Origin: an uncultured Mycoplasmatota bacterium
Lineage (GTDB): Bacteria; Bacillota_I; Bacilli_A; RF39; UBA660
Length of the DNA stretch: 64,000 nucleotides
Direction of reading: 5' to 3'
Assembly (NCBI GenBank): GCA_900551455.1
Contig: URVV01000002.1
Coordinates: 24,290 to 88,289, forward strand
Position 1 is the first letter of the stretch. Every line of letters begins with the position of its first letter. Below are positions 21,190 to 30,731 of the stretch, one piece after another. The notes below the pieces were generated by a model, which was not told the origin of the DNA, ran no database searches, and was given only the letters and a program-made list of their open reading frames with translations. The position numbers were made by a program, and so were the translations under genes.

Positions 21190-22272
21190 TTAGTCTTTAT
21201 ATACTTTGTCAATAATTCCGCCACCTAAACATTCTGTGCCATTATATAAAACACAAAATTGACCTGGTGTTACGGCTTTTGCTTTGTCATATGTTACTTC
21301 AATAGTAGAGTTATTTAAATATTTTACTTTGCAAGGAATATCATTTTGACGATATCTAAATTTGCAAGTACACTCCTCTACTCTACTGTCTGTTAGAAAG
21401 TTAAAGTCAGTGATGATAGCTTTATTGGAATATAAATATTTATTTTCATTACCTGTAGCAACGTATAGGATGTTATTAGTTAAATCCTTTTCAACAACAA
21501 AGATTTTATTGTTGGCACCACCTAGATTTAGTCCTTTTCTTTGACCAATGGTATAATACATTAGTCCAATGTGTGTACCTAATACTTCTTTAGTTTCAAT
21601 ATCAATTATTTTTCCAGGTGTGTTTGGAAGGTAATTTTTTAAGAATTTGGTGAAATTTCTTTCTCCGATAAAGCAGATTCCAGTTGAATCTTTCTTCTTT
21701 GCAGTAATTAAATCATATTTGGTTGCTATTTCTCTGACTTTAGGTTTTTCAATGTCTTGTAGAGGGAATATTACCTCTTTAAAGATGTCTTTATTTACAT
21801 ATGCTAGAAAGTAGCTTTGATCTTTATTTAAATCACTTGCTTTATGTAATTTACCGTTAATTATTTTTGCATAGTGACCGGTGGCTATGTATTCAGCTCC
21901 TAGTTCTTTGGCTTTTTTGTAGAATAGATCAAATTTAATATATTTGTTACACATAACATCGGGATTTGGTGTACGGCCTTTTTTTAATTCTTCTAGAAAG
22001 TATGTGAATACATAATCCCAATACTCTTTTACATAGTCTACACGATATAAGGGAATATTGATTTTATTACATACGGATAAGGCATCGTTATAATCTTTTT
22101 CTTGGGGACAGATATCATTATTAAGATCGGGATTTCCTAGAAAATCATTATTAATGGTGCTATCCCAATTACGCATAAATAATCCGATAACGTTATATCC
22201 TTGTTCTTTTAATAAGATGGCTGCTACTGAGGAGTCAACTCCACCAGACATACCTATTACTACAGTTTTCAT
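21190..22272 (-). CDS. mnmA: tRNA 2-thiouridine(34) synthase MnmA
   Basis: PP-loop VVIGMSGGVDSSVAA plus conserved GRTPNPDVMCN and DQSYFL blocks. ATG 22272 follows an AGGTGA SD. Confidence 0.9.
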   Translation of the reverse strand: MKTVVIGMSGGVDSSVAAILLKEQGYNVIGLFMRNWDSTINNDFLGNPDLNNDICPQEKDYNDALSVCNKINIPLYRVDYVKEYWDYVFTYFLEELKKGRTPNPDVMCNKYIKFDLFYKKAKELGAEYIATGHYAKIINGKLHKASDLNKDQSYFLAYVNKDIFKEVIFPLQDIEKPKVREIATKYDLITAKKKDSTGICFIGERNFTKFLKNYLPNTPGKIIDIETKEVLGTHIGLMYYTIGQRKGLNLGGANNKIFVVEKDLTNNILYVATGNENKYLYSNKAIITDFNFLTDSRVEECTCKFRYRQNDIPCKVKYLNNSTIEVTYDKAKAVTPGQFCVLYNGTECLGGGIIDKVYKD

Positions 22273-22329
22273 TTTTCTCACCTGTTAAAAGTATATCATT
22301 AATCTGCTAAGTTGTAAATGATAAAGATT

Positions 22330-22977
22330 TTATTTTGTAAAGAGTTTTATTATTAACTTGATTAGTGATGGTAAGAGAAATGATTCGCTTAATGAAGATA
22401 TGATACTTATGATGATAGTTATTATAAAGATAATGGTATAATTTTTAAATTGTTTTAAGGTGTTTTGATTATTGTCCTTTTTGATGATTATTTTAAAGAG
22501 TTTTATTCCAAACATAATACTATAGATGCTTAAAATTATTATAGTGAAAATGTTTAATAATTGGCCGAATATTAGATAGATAGTTGATAGAATAATGCCT
22601 TTATAGTTGTAAGTTAGGATAAATGATGCTAGAGAGAATCCTAAAATAAAACTTTTGGTAAATAGTAAGATTATGGTAATTATAAAACCTATAAAGGTCA
22701 TTCCTAAAATCCATATTAGGGTTATATATATTGTATTAATGGTAAGACTGTTTTTTAAAGCAATAATTGAGTCTATTTTATTTGTATTAATATTTTCAAT
22801 AAAGAGTTTTATTTTATCTATTACAAGTGTTTTATCGTTTAGATTAATTATATTTGCAAAAATTGCTCCAGTAATAATACCTAGGAATAGTATACTGATA
22901 ATGAAAATGTTTATTTTTTTGTTAGGAAAAATAATATCTTTAATGCGATCATATTTTTTTATCATAAGTTCACCCAT
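22330..22977 (-). CDS. spoIIM: Stage II sporulation protein M-like membrane protein
   Basis: About 215 aa with roughly 5 TM segments, matching SpoIIM in size and topology. Other sporulation genes are present in the window. No sharp motif was found, so confidence is moderate. Confidence 0.55.
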   Translation of the reverse strand: MGELMIKKYDRIKDIIFPNKKINIFIISILFLGIITGAIFANIINLNDKTLVIDKIKLFIENINTNKIDSIIALKNSLTINTIYITLIWILGMTFIGFIITIILLFTKSFILGFSLASFILTYNYKGIILSTIYLIFGQLLNIFTIIILSIYSIMFGIKLFKIIIKKDNNQNTLKQFKNYTIIFIITIIISIISSLSESFLLPSLIKLIIKLFTK

Positions 22978-23043
22978 AAAATTATATTCTTTTATATTGT
23001 AATTATTCCATAATTTAGGTATAATTATTATGAGGTGTAGATA

Positions 23044-23157
23044 ATGAGTAAAAAGAAAAAAAATAAGACTAGTTTAGGTTTTAGGATATTGGGAATAATA
23101 ATGCTTTTATTGATGTTGGCTTCAGCTGTTATTGGCATTGTTGCATACTTTTTATAG
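23044..23157 (+). CDS. Unlisted 37-aa small membrane protein
   Basis: ATG lies 7 nt after a GAGGTG SD. MSKKKKNKTSLGFRILGIIMLLLMLASAVIGIVAYFL has a basic N-terminus and one TM segment. A terminator hairpin follows at 23165-23193. Confidence 0.35.
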   Translation: MSKKKKNKTSLGFRILGIIMLLLMLASAVIGIVAYFL

Positions 23158-23164
23158 TATTATT

Positions 23165-23193
23165 AAAGAGAGTTGTTATAAAAACTCTCTTTT
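23165..23193. terminator. Bidirectional terminator
   Basis: 10-bp stem AAAGAGAGTT/AACTCTCTTT with an 8-nt loop, placed between the small plus-strand ORF and the end of 23192..23914 (-). Confidence 0.55.
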
Positions 23194-23914
23194 ATTTATA
23201 ATAGAATGCAATAAATGCTACAATACCGGCTACGACAATAGTTATGATGGCTAGTAACCAATAACTGGTAAATCCACTACTGGTAGCGGGAATAGCTTTT
23301 TTAGCTGTTAGTGGTGGTTCTTCTTCAGGATTTTCTATTTTGGCGGGTGCGTCTATTTCGGTATTATAACTGCCAACGACAAAATTCATTACTGGGGTTT
23401 CTAGCCTTTTATAGGATGTGGCATTAGCATTGTAGTATTGAATTAATTCTAATAGTTTTCGGCAAATTATGCGATTACTGTATCTGGTAGTAAACCAATT
23501 AATAAATGTTTTGTATCTTTCGTTGTCTACTAAAATTACTTGATTTTCAATGACTTTATTAGCGGCTTTTAAATTGATATAGGCGCTATTAATAATTTTC
23601 CCTAGGATAAAATCTATTTTATCAAATTTAGTACTATCTATTTTTTCTAGGATACTGATATTTTCTTCAGATAGGATTGGTAGAACTAGTGTTATGTTAT
23701 ATTCATCTATATATGAATAGGTATTTTTGATGTTTTCCATTACCCATATTTCATCGTTTAATTCTAAGTTATAGTTATCCATTTTATTTTTTAGTTCAAT
23801 ACATATGTTGGTTTTATTATAATTTTTTGGAATGGCAAGGTAGTAAGAGATTATTTCGTCTTTTATGTAATAAACATCGTGATTATTTAGTTTTAGAATT
23901 AATTTTTTTTCCAT
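23192..23914 (-). CDS. Hypothetical tail-anchored membrane protein
   Basis: 240-aa ORF with a single C-terminal TM segment (WLLAIITIVVAGIVAFIAFYY). No family was recognised. Confidence 0.4.
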   Translation of the reverse strand: MEKKLILKLNNHDVYYIKDEIISYYLAIPKNYNKTNICIELKNKMDNYNLELNDEIWVMENIKNTYSYIDEYNITLVLPILSEENISILEKIDSTKFDKIDFILGKIINSAYINLKAANKVIENQVILVDNERYKTFINWFTTRYSNRIICRKLLELIQYYNANATSYKRLETPVMNFVVGSYNTEIDAPAKIENPEEEPPLTAKKAIPATSSGFTSYWLLAIITIVVAGIVAFIAFYYK

Positions 23915-23929
23915 AATTTGCCTCCATTG

Positions 23930-24253
23930 TTATTTTTCTTTTTTAATTACTTCTAAACCATTTTTTAATAATTCTTCGATGGTTATTTTACCTTCTTCAA
24001 GGGCTTTTGTTACTAAGTATTTATTGCCGTTTTTATATTTTATATAGATTGATGTACTTTTAGTACAAGGAAAATAATAAGTATATTTATTATCTTCATA
24101 GAATTTTTCTTGATAATTATCACAAATATAAGTGGCATCGATTATTTCTATTTGGTTATTTTTTTTGCTTTTATTCTTTTTTAGAAATAATAAACCGGTT
24201 ATTATTACGATGCAAGATATTATTAATATTATTTTGATAGTCTTATTTCTCAT
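23930..24253 (-). CDS. Hypothetical N-terminally anchored small protein
   Basis: 107-aa ORF with an N-terminal TM segment. No family was recognised. Confidence 0.4.
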   Translation of the reverse strand: MRNKTIKIILIISCIVIITGLLFLKKNKSKKNNQIEIIDATYICDNYQEKFYEDNKYTYYFPCTKSTSIYIKYKNGNKYLVTKALEEGKITIEELLKNGLEVIKKEK

Positions 24254-24357
24254 ATCTTATTCTCCTATAATATGATTATAGCATAAGTAAAATAAAAATA
24301 AAAGATAAAATTTAAAAATCATAAATTTTATCTTAAATATAGTAATAATATTTATTT

Positions 24358-25161
24358 TTAAAGGAAATGACAATGTCGACATAGTTCTTGGCATTTATAG
24401 TTGTTTTTAAATCCTTTGATCATTTCTTTTACTATGTCTTTTTCATATATGTCTGGAATGTTATCTTGGTAGATGTTTCCTAAGGATAATACTCCCCTAC
24501 TATCTAGGCAACAAGGAATAATGGTACCATCTGATAGTATTCCTATATGATCTATTAGGCCTTTACAAGTGCCTTTTTCTTCGTAATGCTTGTTATTCAT
24601 ATCGGGCCATATAAATTCGTGAAAGGTATCAATTAGTAGATTAGGGGCAACTTTTATTTTGATATTGTTTTCTAAATTTTTAATATTTAAGTGGTATCTG
24701 TTATTTAAGTAATTTAGAATATAGGTAGTATTTTTATCTTTTACCCATAATCTTAAAGTAATATAAGTATTTTTTTTAATTTTATCGATTTTATTGAAAA
24801 TATTATTAAGATATTCTTCTAGAGTGAGATGAGGGTTTTCTTTGTAACTGTGAAGAGAAATATTTAATCTGGATAGTTTGGTATTATCTGATAAATTGTT
24901 TATTAGGTAGCCGTTAGTGGTTATATTTACTTTTAAGTTATTATTAGTAGCGTATTCAATAAAATAGTTGATATTTTTATGAAGTAATGGTTCTCCTAGA
25001 ATATGAAGATATAGTTCTTTAGTATAAGGTTTAATTTTATTAATAATAAATTGATAGTTGGGGATAGTTAGTGAAGTGATTTTTCTTTGATTTTTGATAC
25101 AAAAGTCGCAATTTAAATTACAGGAATTGGTTATTTCTAAATAAATTTTTTTTAATTTCAT
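24358..25161 (-). CDS. Radical SAM protein with C-terminal Cys-rich (SPASM/twitch-like) region
   Basis: CNLNCDFC (CxxxCxxC) sits near the N-terminus, and the C-terminal cysteines read GTCKG...IIPCCLD...CQELCRHC. ATG 25161 follows a GGTG SD. Confidence 0.7.
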   Translation of the reverse strand: MKLKKIYLEITNSCNLNCDFCIKNQRKITSLTIPNYQFIINKIKPYTKELYLHILGEPLLHKNINYFIEYATNNNLKVNITTNGYLINNLSDNTKLSRLNISLHSYKENPHLTLEEYLNNIFNKIDKIKKNTYITLRLWVKDKNTTYILNYLNNRYHLNIKNLENNIKIKVAPNLLIDTFHEFIWPDMNNKHYEEKGTCKGLIDHIGILSDGTIIPCCLDSRGVLSLGNIYQDNIPDIYEKDIVKEMIKGFKNNYKCQELCRHCHFL

Positions 25162-25242
25162 AATTAACACCATTAATATAATAGCATAAATAATTATAAA
25201 AAACAAATTATGGTTATAATGAAAAAAAGCTTAATAGCTTTT

Positions 25243-26703
25243 TTATTTGATACTTTCATTATTTAATACTTTGTTTATTTGAATTTTGGCATTATCTATG
25301 GTTTTTTGATCAGGAATCATTATCCATAAGTCCTGATTTGGATAGGAATAAGTTTTTCCCATTGAACCAGTACCATCTACTTGAATGGATTTAAATGTAT
25401 AGTCGTTTAATTCGGAAAATTCATATTTTAAGAAGTTAGTTATTTCATTCATATCCATATTGGTTGCAAATTTTCCTTCAAGAGCATCTAAAATGTCAGT
25501 ATATTGGGTAAAAATTGTTGTTCCGCTACTTAATTTTTTGAATATTGCTTGGATTACTTCTTGCTGGTTTCTTCCACGATGTCTATCACCGTCAGAGTAT
25601 GAATATCTTTCCCTTGAAAAGGCCAATGCACAAGCACCATTTAATTTATTTATGCCAACTTTTATTCTTGGACATCCATATAAACTTACGGCTTGATCTG
25701 CATAAACTTCTATACCACCAATTTTATTTACTAGGTCAATGACAGTGGTAAAATTTACTTTGATATAATAGTTAATATCAATATCAAAGATGTCTTCGAT
25801 GGTTTTTATAGCAGTATTAATTCCGTAGTAACTAGCGTGAGTTAATTTATCTTTATAGCCGGGTTTATCGTGTAATTGAACGTAATAATCACGGGGGATG
25901 GAAGTTAACAATATTTCGTTGGTATTTGGGTTAACAGTGGCAACAATGTTAACATCGTTTCTGGCAGCATTATTTATGTCTCCAAAGGTATCAATACCAC
26001 TTATTAGGATATTATATGGGGTATTCTTTATGGAAACACGTTTAGTAATATCCTCAATCTCTTTTTTGATGTAAATGGTTTTTAAAATACGAGTGTTTTG
26101 ATTAAAAGTTTCATCGTCTTCTTCATATCTATTTTTTATAATGTCACTAATTAAAATTGATTCAACTTCTTTATTCAATAGTTTGCTTTTTAAGGTTAGA
26201 AGATCTTTTTCTTCACTATAGGTTAAATCTAATTTAATGCGATTAATTACTTCTTTATCAGTTAATTCAAAATAAGCCATTGTTTTACCATAGAGATCTG
26301 ATGCTTCTTGGTAATTAGAATCATTTAGAACTATTAAATAATAATTTGTTACTTCTTCTTTGATAATTGAGATATTATCAAAAAGGTTCATTGTTTTGTT
26401 TAAATAAATTATTCCTATTGTAAAGAGAATTATTAAAATTATTGAAAAAATATAAGATAATACTTTAAATACTTTTAGGACTTTATTTTTAAATTTTAGA
26501 GATAAGAAGAAGTTTAAAATTATGTTTATTAGTATTAAACAAATAATTAGTAATTTATAGTATTTATCTGGAATTATATTAAGGGTATTTAGGAGAACTA
26601 CTAATGATATATTCATTCCTGTAAATAGTAATGATAATAATACTCCGATAATACTTAGTTTTATTTTTTTCTTAGGAGAAGAATTTTTTCTTTTATTTTC
26701 CAT
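25243..26703 (-). CDS. LytR-CpsA-Psr (LCP) family glycopolymer transferase
   Basis: N-terminal TM region plus the LCP core (NILISGIDT, RNDVNIVATVNP, LTSIPRDYYV, ALAFSRERY). Confidence 0.85.
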   Translation of the reverse strand: MENKRKNSSPKKKIKLSIIGVLLSLLFTGMNISLVVLLNTLNIIPDKYYKLLIICLILINIILNFFLSLKFKNKVLKVFKVLSYIFSIILIILFTIGIIYLNKTMNLFDNISIIKEEVTNYYLIVLNDSNYQEASDLYGKTMAYFELTDKEVINRIKLDLTYSEEKDLLTLKSKLLNKEVESILISDIIKNRYEEDDETFNQNTRILKTIYIKKEIEDITKRVSIKNTPYNILISGIDTFGDINNAARNDVNIVATVNPNTNEILLTSIPRDYYVQLHDKPGYKDKLTHASYYGINTAIKTIEDIFDIDINYYIKVNFTTVIDLVNKIGGIEVYADQAVSLYGCPRIKVGINKLNGACALAFSRERYSYSDGDRHRGRNQQEVIQAIFKKLSSGTTIFTQYTDILDALEGKFATNMDMNEITNFLKYEFSELNDYTFKSIQVDGTGSMGKTYSYPNQDLWIMIPDQKTIDNAKIQINKVLNNESIK

Positions 26704-26718
26704 AATATCACCACTTAG

Positions 26719-27429
26719 TTATTTTATTAGGTTATTACAATTCGACATTATTTGATCATAGTATTTGGGTCCGGTAATTTTTATGATACTTTTTTTTATT
26801 TTTGGAAAGTTATCAATTACATATGTTTTATTAATATGATGGATATCTGTTCCAAGGAAATCAACATATTCTTTTTTTAAGAGATATTTCATTAATTTTT
26901 CAGCTTCTTTATGATAGTATCCTAAAATACTGGAATAATTGCATTGAAATAAGACACCCATTTCTTTTAATGGTTCTATTAATTTGGGATTTTCTTGGAA
27001 ATATGTATATCTTTCGGGATGAGCGATTACTGGAATATATCCTTGTATTTGAAGCTCATATATCATATCTTCTAGATTTATAATTTGATTATGAAATGGT
27101 AATTCGATTAGAAGATAGTTACTTTGATTTAATCCAAATATTAATCCATTATTGATAGATGATAAAATGTCGTTATGAATAAATATCTCATTTCCTAGAT
27201 GGAGTGAGATATTTATATTGTTTTGTTTGACAGCTTCTTTTAAGTAAAGAAAGTGTTTGGTTTTTTCTTCGTTATTGGCACTATATTCGGTACTTTCAAT
27301 GTAGTGTGGGGTTAAAATTATGTCGGTGAAACCAATTTCGGCCATTCTTTTTAGAAGACGAAGACTTTCTTCAGGGTTAATGCTTCCGTCATCTATACCA
27401 AATAATATATGCGAGTGTGTGTCGGTCAT
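26719..27429 (-). CDS. cpsB: CpsB/CapC-type Mn-dependent protein-tyrosine phosphatase (PHP domain)
   Basis: DTHSHILFGIDDGS at the N-terminus, with later HPERY and GTDIHH. ATG 27429 follows an AGGAGG SD. Confidence 0.85.
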   Translation of the reverse strand: MTDTHSHILFGIDDGSINPEESLRLLKRMAEIGFTDIILTPHYIESTEYSANNEEKTKHFLYLKEAVKQNNINISLHLGNEIFIHNDILSSINNGLIFGLNQSNYLLIELPFHNQIINLEDMIYELQIQGYIPVIAHPERYTYFQENPKLIEPLKEMGVLFQCNYSSILGYYHKEAEKLMKYLLKKEYVDFLGTDIHHINKTYVIDNFPKIKKSIIKITGPKYYDQIMSNCNNLIK

Positions 27430-27440
27430 AATTACCTCCT

Positions 27441-28109
27441 TTATTCGTAGTAGTTGGAATATTTTCCACGTTTTGCTTGACAAGTTCTGTTTATTACTAT
27501 TCCAGCAATATTAGCATCTATTTTTTCTAGTGCTTTTTTAGTTTCATTTAATTCATCTATTTTGGTATATCCAACAGAGGTAACGATTACTACACGATCT
27601 ACCAAACTAGCCATTATTAGAGAGTCTGGTAGTCCATTTATAGGAACCCCATCAAATATTATATGATCAAAATTTTGCTTTAAAAAGGCAATTATTTTTT
27701 TAGTATTGGTGGAGTTTAATAGTTCACTGGGGTTTGGAGGAACAGTACCTCTTGGTATAACATATAGATTGGGAATAGATGTCTTTTTTATGTATTCAGC
27801 ACAATCTACGATATTTTGATCTATTAATAGATTAGATAGACCTTTGGTATTTGATAATCCGAAAATTTTGTGAATTCTTCCTAATCGAAGGTCACTGTCT
27901 ATTAATAGGGTTGATTCTCCTGTTTGGGCAAAGGCTGCCGCTAAATTACTACTGATAAAACTTTTTCCTTCTCCAGGGACAGAACTGGTTACTAAAATTA
28001 CTTTTGATTCTTCATCAGAAGAGGTAAACATTAAGTTTGTTCTGATTGTACGAATATCTTCACTAATATTTGACTTTGGTCTATTATGAATAACTAATTC
28101 ATCTTTCAT
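27441..28109 (-). CDS. cpsD: CpsD/CapB-type BY-kinase (tyrosine autokinase)
   Basis: Walker A SSVPGEGKS, Walker A' LLIDSDLR, and a C-terminal Tyr cluster KYSNYYE. Confidence 0.85.
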   Translation of the reverse strand: MKDELVIHNRPKSNISEDIRTIRTNLMFTSSDEESKVILVTSSVPGEGKSFISSNLAAAFAQTGESTLLIDSDLRLGRIHKIFGLSNTKGLSNLLIDQNIVDCAEYIKKTSIPNLYVIPRGTVPPNPSELLNSTNTKKIIAFLKQNFDHIIFDGVPINGLPDSLIMASLVDRVVIVTSVGYTKIDELNETKKALEKIDANIAGIVINRTCQAKRGKYSNYYE

Positions 28110-28792
28110 TATTTTTTACCACCTTTCTGATATTCTTCAACGCTACCTAATATTGGTAATTTTATTTTTTGCTCTACTTGTTCTGCTGATTTAATGGTTC
28201 TATCAAAATAGAAAACTACGAAGACAATACCAATAGCAAGAATTAAGCCAATCATAAAGTATACGATGATTTGTTTAGTTATATTAATGTTATATGGATT
28301 TTTTTCTTGAATAGCTTCATCTAAAATGTTAACATTATTCATATTATACAAATCAACAATTTCTTTTTTGAAGTAATTTGCTGTAATATTTGCAATGTTT
28401 TTGGCTTTAATGGCATCATTATCTTCAGCATTAATTTTAATAATTTCAGTGTTATTAACGGCACTAACAGATATTTTACTTTTAAGACTTTCATATGAAA
28501 TATCTAGGTTAAGTTCATTAATTACTTGGTCTAATACTCTGCGTGATGTAACTATTTGAGCATATGTATCTACTAGATTACGGTTTATAGTGATATCAGT
28601 TTGAGTGATTGTTTGACTACTACTTGTAGCATTACTACCTAGAATGACGGTTGTATATGATTTATACATTGGTTTTTGAAAGACTAAACCGTATATGCAT
28701 CCTAATAAGCATATTCCTACAGTAATTACGATTATTAAGCCAAGCTTATTTTTTACGTATTCAAATAATTCTTTTAAATCAATTTCTTCCAT
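28109..28792 (-). CDS. cpsC: CpsC/Wzz-type chain-length determinant / kinase modulator
   Basis: Two TM segments flank an extracellular domain. Its stop overlaps the kinase start, the usual CpsC-CpsD pairing. Confidence 0.8.
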   Translation of the reverse strand: MEEIDLKELFEYVKNKLGLIIVITVGICLLGCIYGLVFQKPMYKSYTTVILGSNATSSSQTITQTDITINRNLVDTYAQIVTSRRVLDQVINELNLDISYESLKSKISVSAVNNTEIIKINAEDNDAIKAKNIANITANYFKKEIVDLYNMNNVNILDEAIQEKNPYNINITKQIIVYFMIGLILAIGIVFVVFYFDRTIKSAEQVEQKIKLPILGSVEEYQKGGKK

Positions 28793-28876
28793 TTTATTAC
28801 ACCTCTACTTTACAATTATAACATAGTTTAAGTTTGTTTGACAATCTTTTTTGATAATTTAAAAATACGATCTTAA

Positions 28877-29458
28877 TTATCGTATTTTTAAAGTCTTTTT
28901 TATTTTATTTTGTTGGGATTTTTCTTTAACTAGCATTCTTAGAAAATCTTCTAAAGGAAGATAAGATATGTTATTTGGGGTATTTTTTTCTGTATATAAT
29001 CTTATTACTAGGGAATTCCTTAATTGTCTTATGTTCATTCTTAAATATTCACTATCTATATCATAACCAATGGTATTTAAAAATTTTAGAACAAAAGTAA
29101 TTGTAGTTCTGGTGTTACCGTCTTCGAAGGGGTGTGCTTGCCATATTCTAAGAAGAAAGTCACTAATTCTTTTTATTAATAGTTCATATGAAATATTATG
29201 ATAATCAATTTGTTTTTCATAGGTAATATCATATTTTAAATAGGCATTAATATTGTGGTAGTCAGCATATATTACGCTATTTCCATATAAAATTTCTTCT
29301 TTTTTGGTGATGTTATATGTTCTAAATTGGCCACTATTGGGAATAAACCCGGCAAATAAGTAGGCGTGAATTTTTTGTAAATGTTCAACTGTTAATTCAA
29401 AATCTTTATGTAGTAATAATTCTTGGTATCTATTATAAATTATTTCTTTATCAGTCAT
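28877..29458 (-). CDS. Fic/DOC family protein
   Basis: Fic motif HPFEDGNTRTT (HxFx[D/E]GNxR) and the upstream FAGFIPNSGQFR block. Confidence 0.75.
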   Translation of the reverse strand: MTDKEIIYNRYQELLLHKDFELTVEHLQKIHAYLFAGFIPNSGQFRTYNITKKEEILYGNSVIYADYHNINAYLKYDITYEKQIDYHNISYELLIKRISDFLLRIWQAHPFEDGNTRTTITFVLKFLNTIGYDIDSEYLRMNIRQLRNSLVIRLYTEKNTPNNISYLPLEDFLRMLVKEKSQQNKIKKTLKIR

Positions 29459-29483
29459 AAATACTCCCCTTTTATAGGTATTT

Positions 29484-29511
29484 ATTATATATTATTAATT
29501 GATTTTGTCAA
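29484..29511 (-). promoter_or_regulatory. sigma-A type promoter of the fic gene
   Basis: On the minus strand: TTGACA (29506-29511), 16-nt spacer, TATAAT (29484-29489). The fic ATG is 26 nt downstream of the -10, behind an AAAGGGGAG SD. Confidence 0.5.
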
Positions 29512-29515
29512 GTAT

Positions 29516-29568
29516 AAAGAAGAGTTAAATATTGTTTATACTTGATATTATATATTTAACTCTTCTTT
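29516..29568. repeat. Perfect 17-bp inverted repeat (terminator/insulator candidate)
   Basis: AAAGAAGAGTTAAATAT (29516-29532) pairs with ATATTTAACTCTTCTTT (29552-29568). It is interleaved with a second 11-bp inverted repeat, TCAAGTATAAA (29508-29518) / TTTATACTTGA (29535-29545). Confidence 0.6.
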
Positions 29569-29733
29569 AGGTAATTGTTAATTGTCTTTTTCTATTAATG
29601 TAAAAATTAAGAGGGAGGTAAAAAAGACAATTATTAATAAAAATACTATTATGCTTATAGATATAATAATTTTACATTGACCACCTCTTATTTTATTATA
29701 TATAGATATATATGAGAAAAATGTATTTTTGTG

Positions 29734-30099
29734 TTAATTAAAGGCTATTTCTACATTTATATCTTTATCTTTATAAATTATATATAAGTATATAAATCCA
29801 CTTATTAATACTAATATACTGGCTAATAGAGCTAATTCATTTAATCTTTTATCCTCTTCGTTAGGACTTTTATTTAATTCTTTAAATCCTTCGATAGTAT
29901 AGTAAATGTATACTAGAGTAGCTGTTCCAAAGATAATATATAGAGTATTTCGATATTTTTCGCCTTTTTCTTTATTTTTTGTTACAAGATATTCTCTTTC
30001 TATGTGGTTTGCATACAATGAAAGGGTAATAATTATGTAATATATAATAAATATTAGATCTTCATCTTTGGTACTTTTAATTCTTTCATAATCTATCAT
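29734..30099 (-). CDS. Hypothetical small membrane protein (3 TM)
   Basis: 121-aa ORF with three hydrophobic segments. No family was recognised. Confidence 0.4.
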   Translation of the reverse strand: MIDYERIKSTKDEDLIFIIYYIIITLSLYANHIEREYLVTKNKEKGEKYRNTLYIIFGTATLVYIYYTIEGFKELNKSPNEEDKRLNELALLASILVLISGFIYLYIIYKDKDINVEIAFN

Positions 30100-30269
30100 A
30101 TTAAATTATATGATATTAAATCTTTTATATCATATTTATCTTAGTTATGCAAATAGTTATAATTTAGTAGAATTTGTTTTTTGGAAAGGTACTTTTAACA
30201 GATATTTGATGATGTTTACGTATAAGTAATTATAAGAAAATATTTGATATTTTATGTTATCAGATTTTT

Positions 30270-30304
30270 AAAATTAAAGAAACTGTCATTTTTACAGTTT
30301 CTTT
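30270..30304 (-). terminator. Terminator at the end of the long glycan operon
   Basis: 11-bp stem AAAGAAACTGT/ACAGTTTCTTT (30276-30286/30294-30304) overlapping the vanZ stop. The minus-strand tail is AATTTT. Confidence 0.5.
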
Positions 30305-30731
30305 AATTGATAGATTTTTTTCTTTTGCTAATTAATTTATATAAATAGATACCTGTAATTGAACCGATACTATCTATTAGGATATCTTTTATTTGACAGG
30401 CTCTGCCTGGTATTATGAATTGGTGAATTTCATCACTTATAGCATATATAACACAGAATATTATAGATATTAAATATGATTTGGGAATATTATTTTTAAT
30501 AAACATATTTATTACAAGTATTCCTAGGATTAAATATTCTATGTAGTGAGCTAATTTTCTAATTATTAAATTTAGTAATTCTATATTATTTATATTTAGT
30601 ACACTAGATATTATATTTACTATATAATTTGATTGATTGGCTGATTCAATAGAATTAAATGATGACATTGTAAAAATTATGGCCATCCAAGCTAGGGTGA
30701 AAATTATTGATAATTTATTGTTTTTCATCAA
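30303..30731 (-). CDS. VanZ-family membrane protein
   Basis: 142 aa and 4 TM segments, with the conserved RKLAHYIEY and SDEIHQ blocks typical of VanZ-like proteins. Confidence 0.7.
   Translation of the reverse strand: MMKNNKLSIIFTLAWMAIIFTMSSFNSIESANQSNYIVNIISSVLNINNIELLNLIIRKLAHYIEYLILGILVINMFIKNNIPKSYLISIIFCVIYAISDEIHQFIIPGRACQIKDILIDSIGSITGIYLYKLISKRKKSIN

Noticed and set aside
29580-29690. Minus-strand reading frame giving a very hydrophobic peptide of about 30 aa (IIISISIIVFLLIIVFFTSLLIFTLIEKDN), and a plus-strand GAGGGAGG SD-like sequence at 29611-29618
   Set aside because: The hydrophobic frame has no ATG, GTG or TTG start. The only ATG after the AGAGGTGG SD-like sequence is followed directly by TAA. 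The plus-strand SD has no start codon within 5-12 nt. This is probably chance in T-rich DNA.
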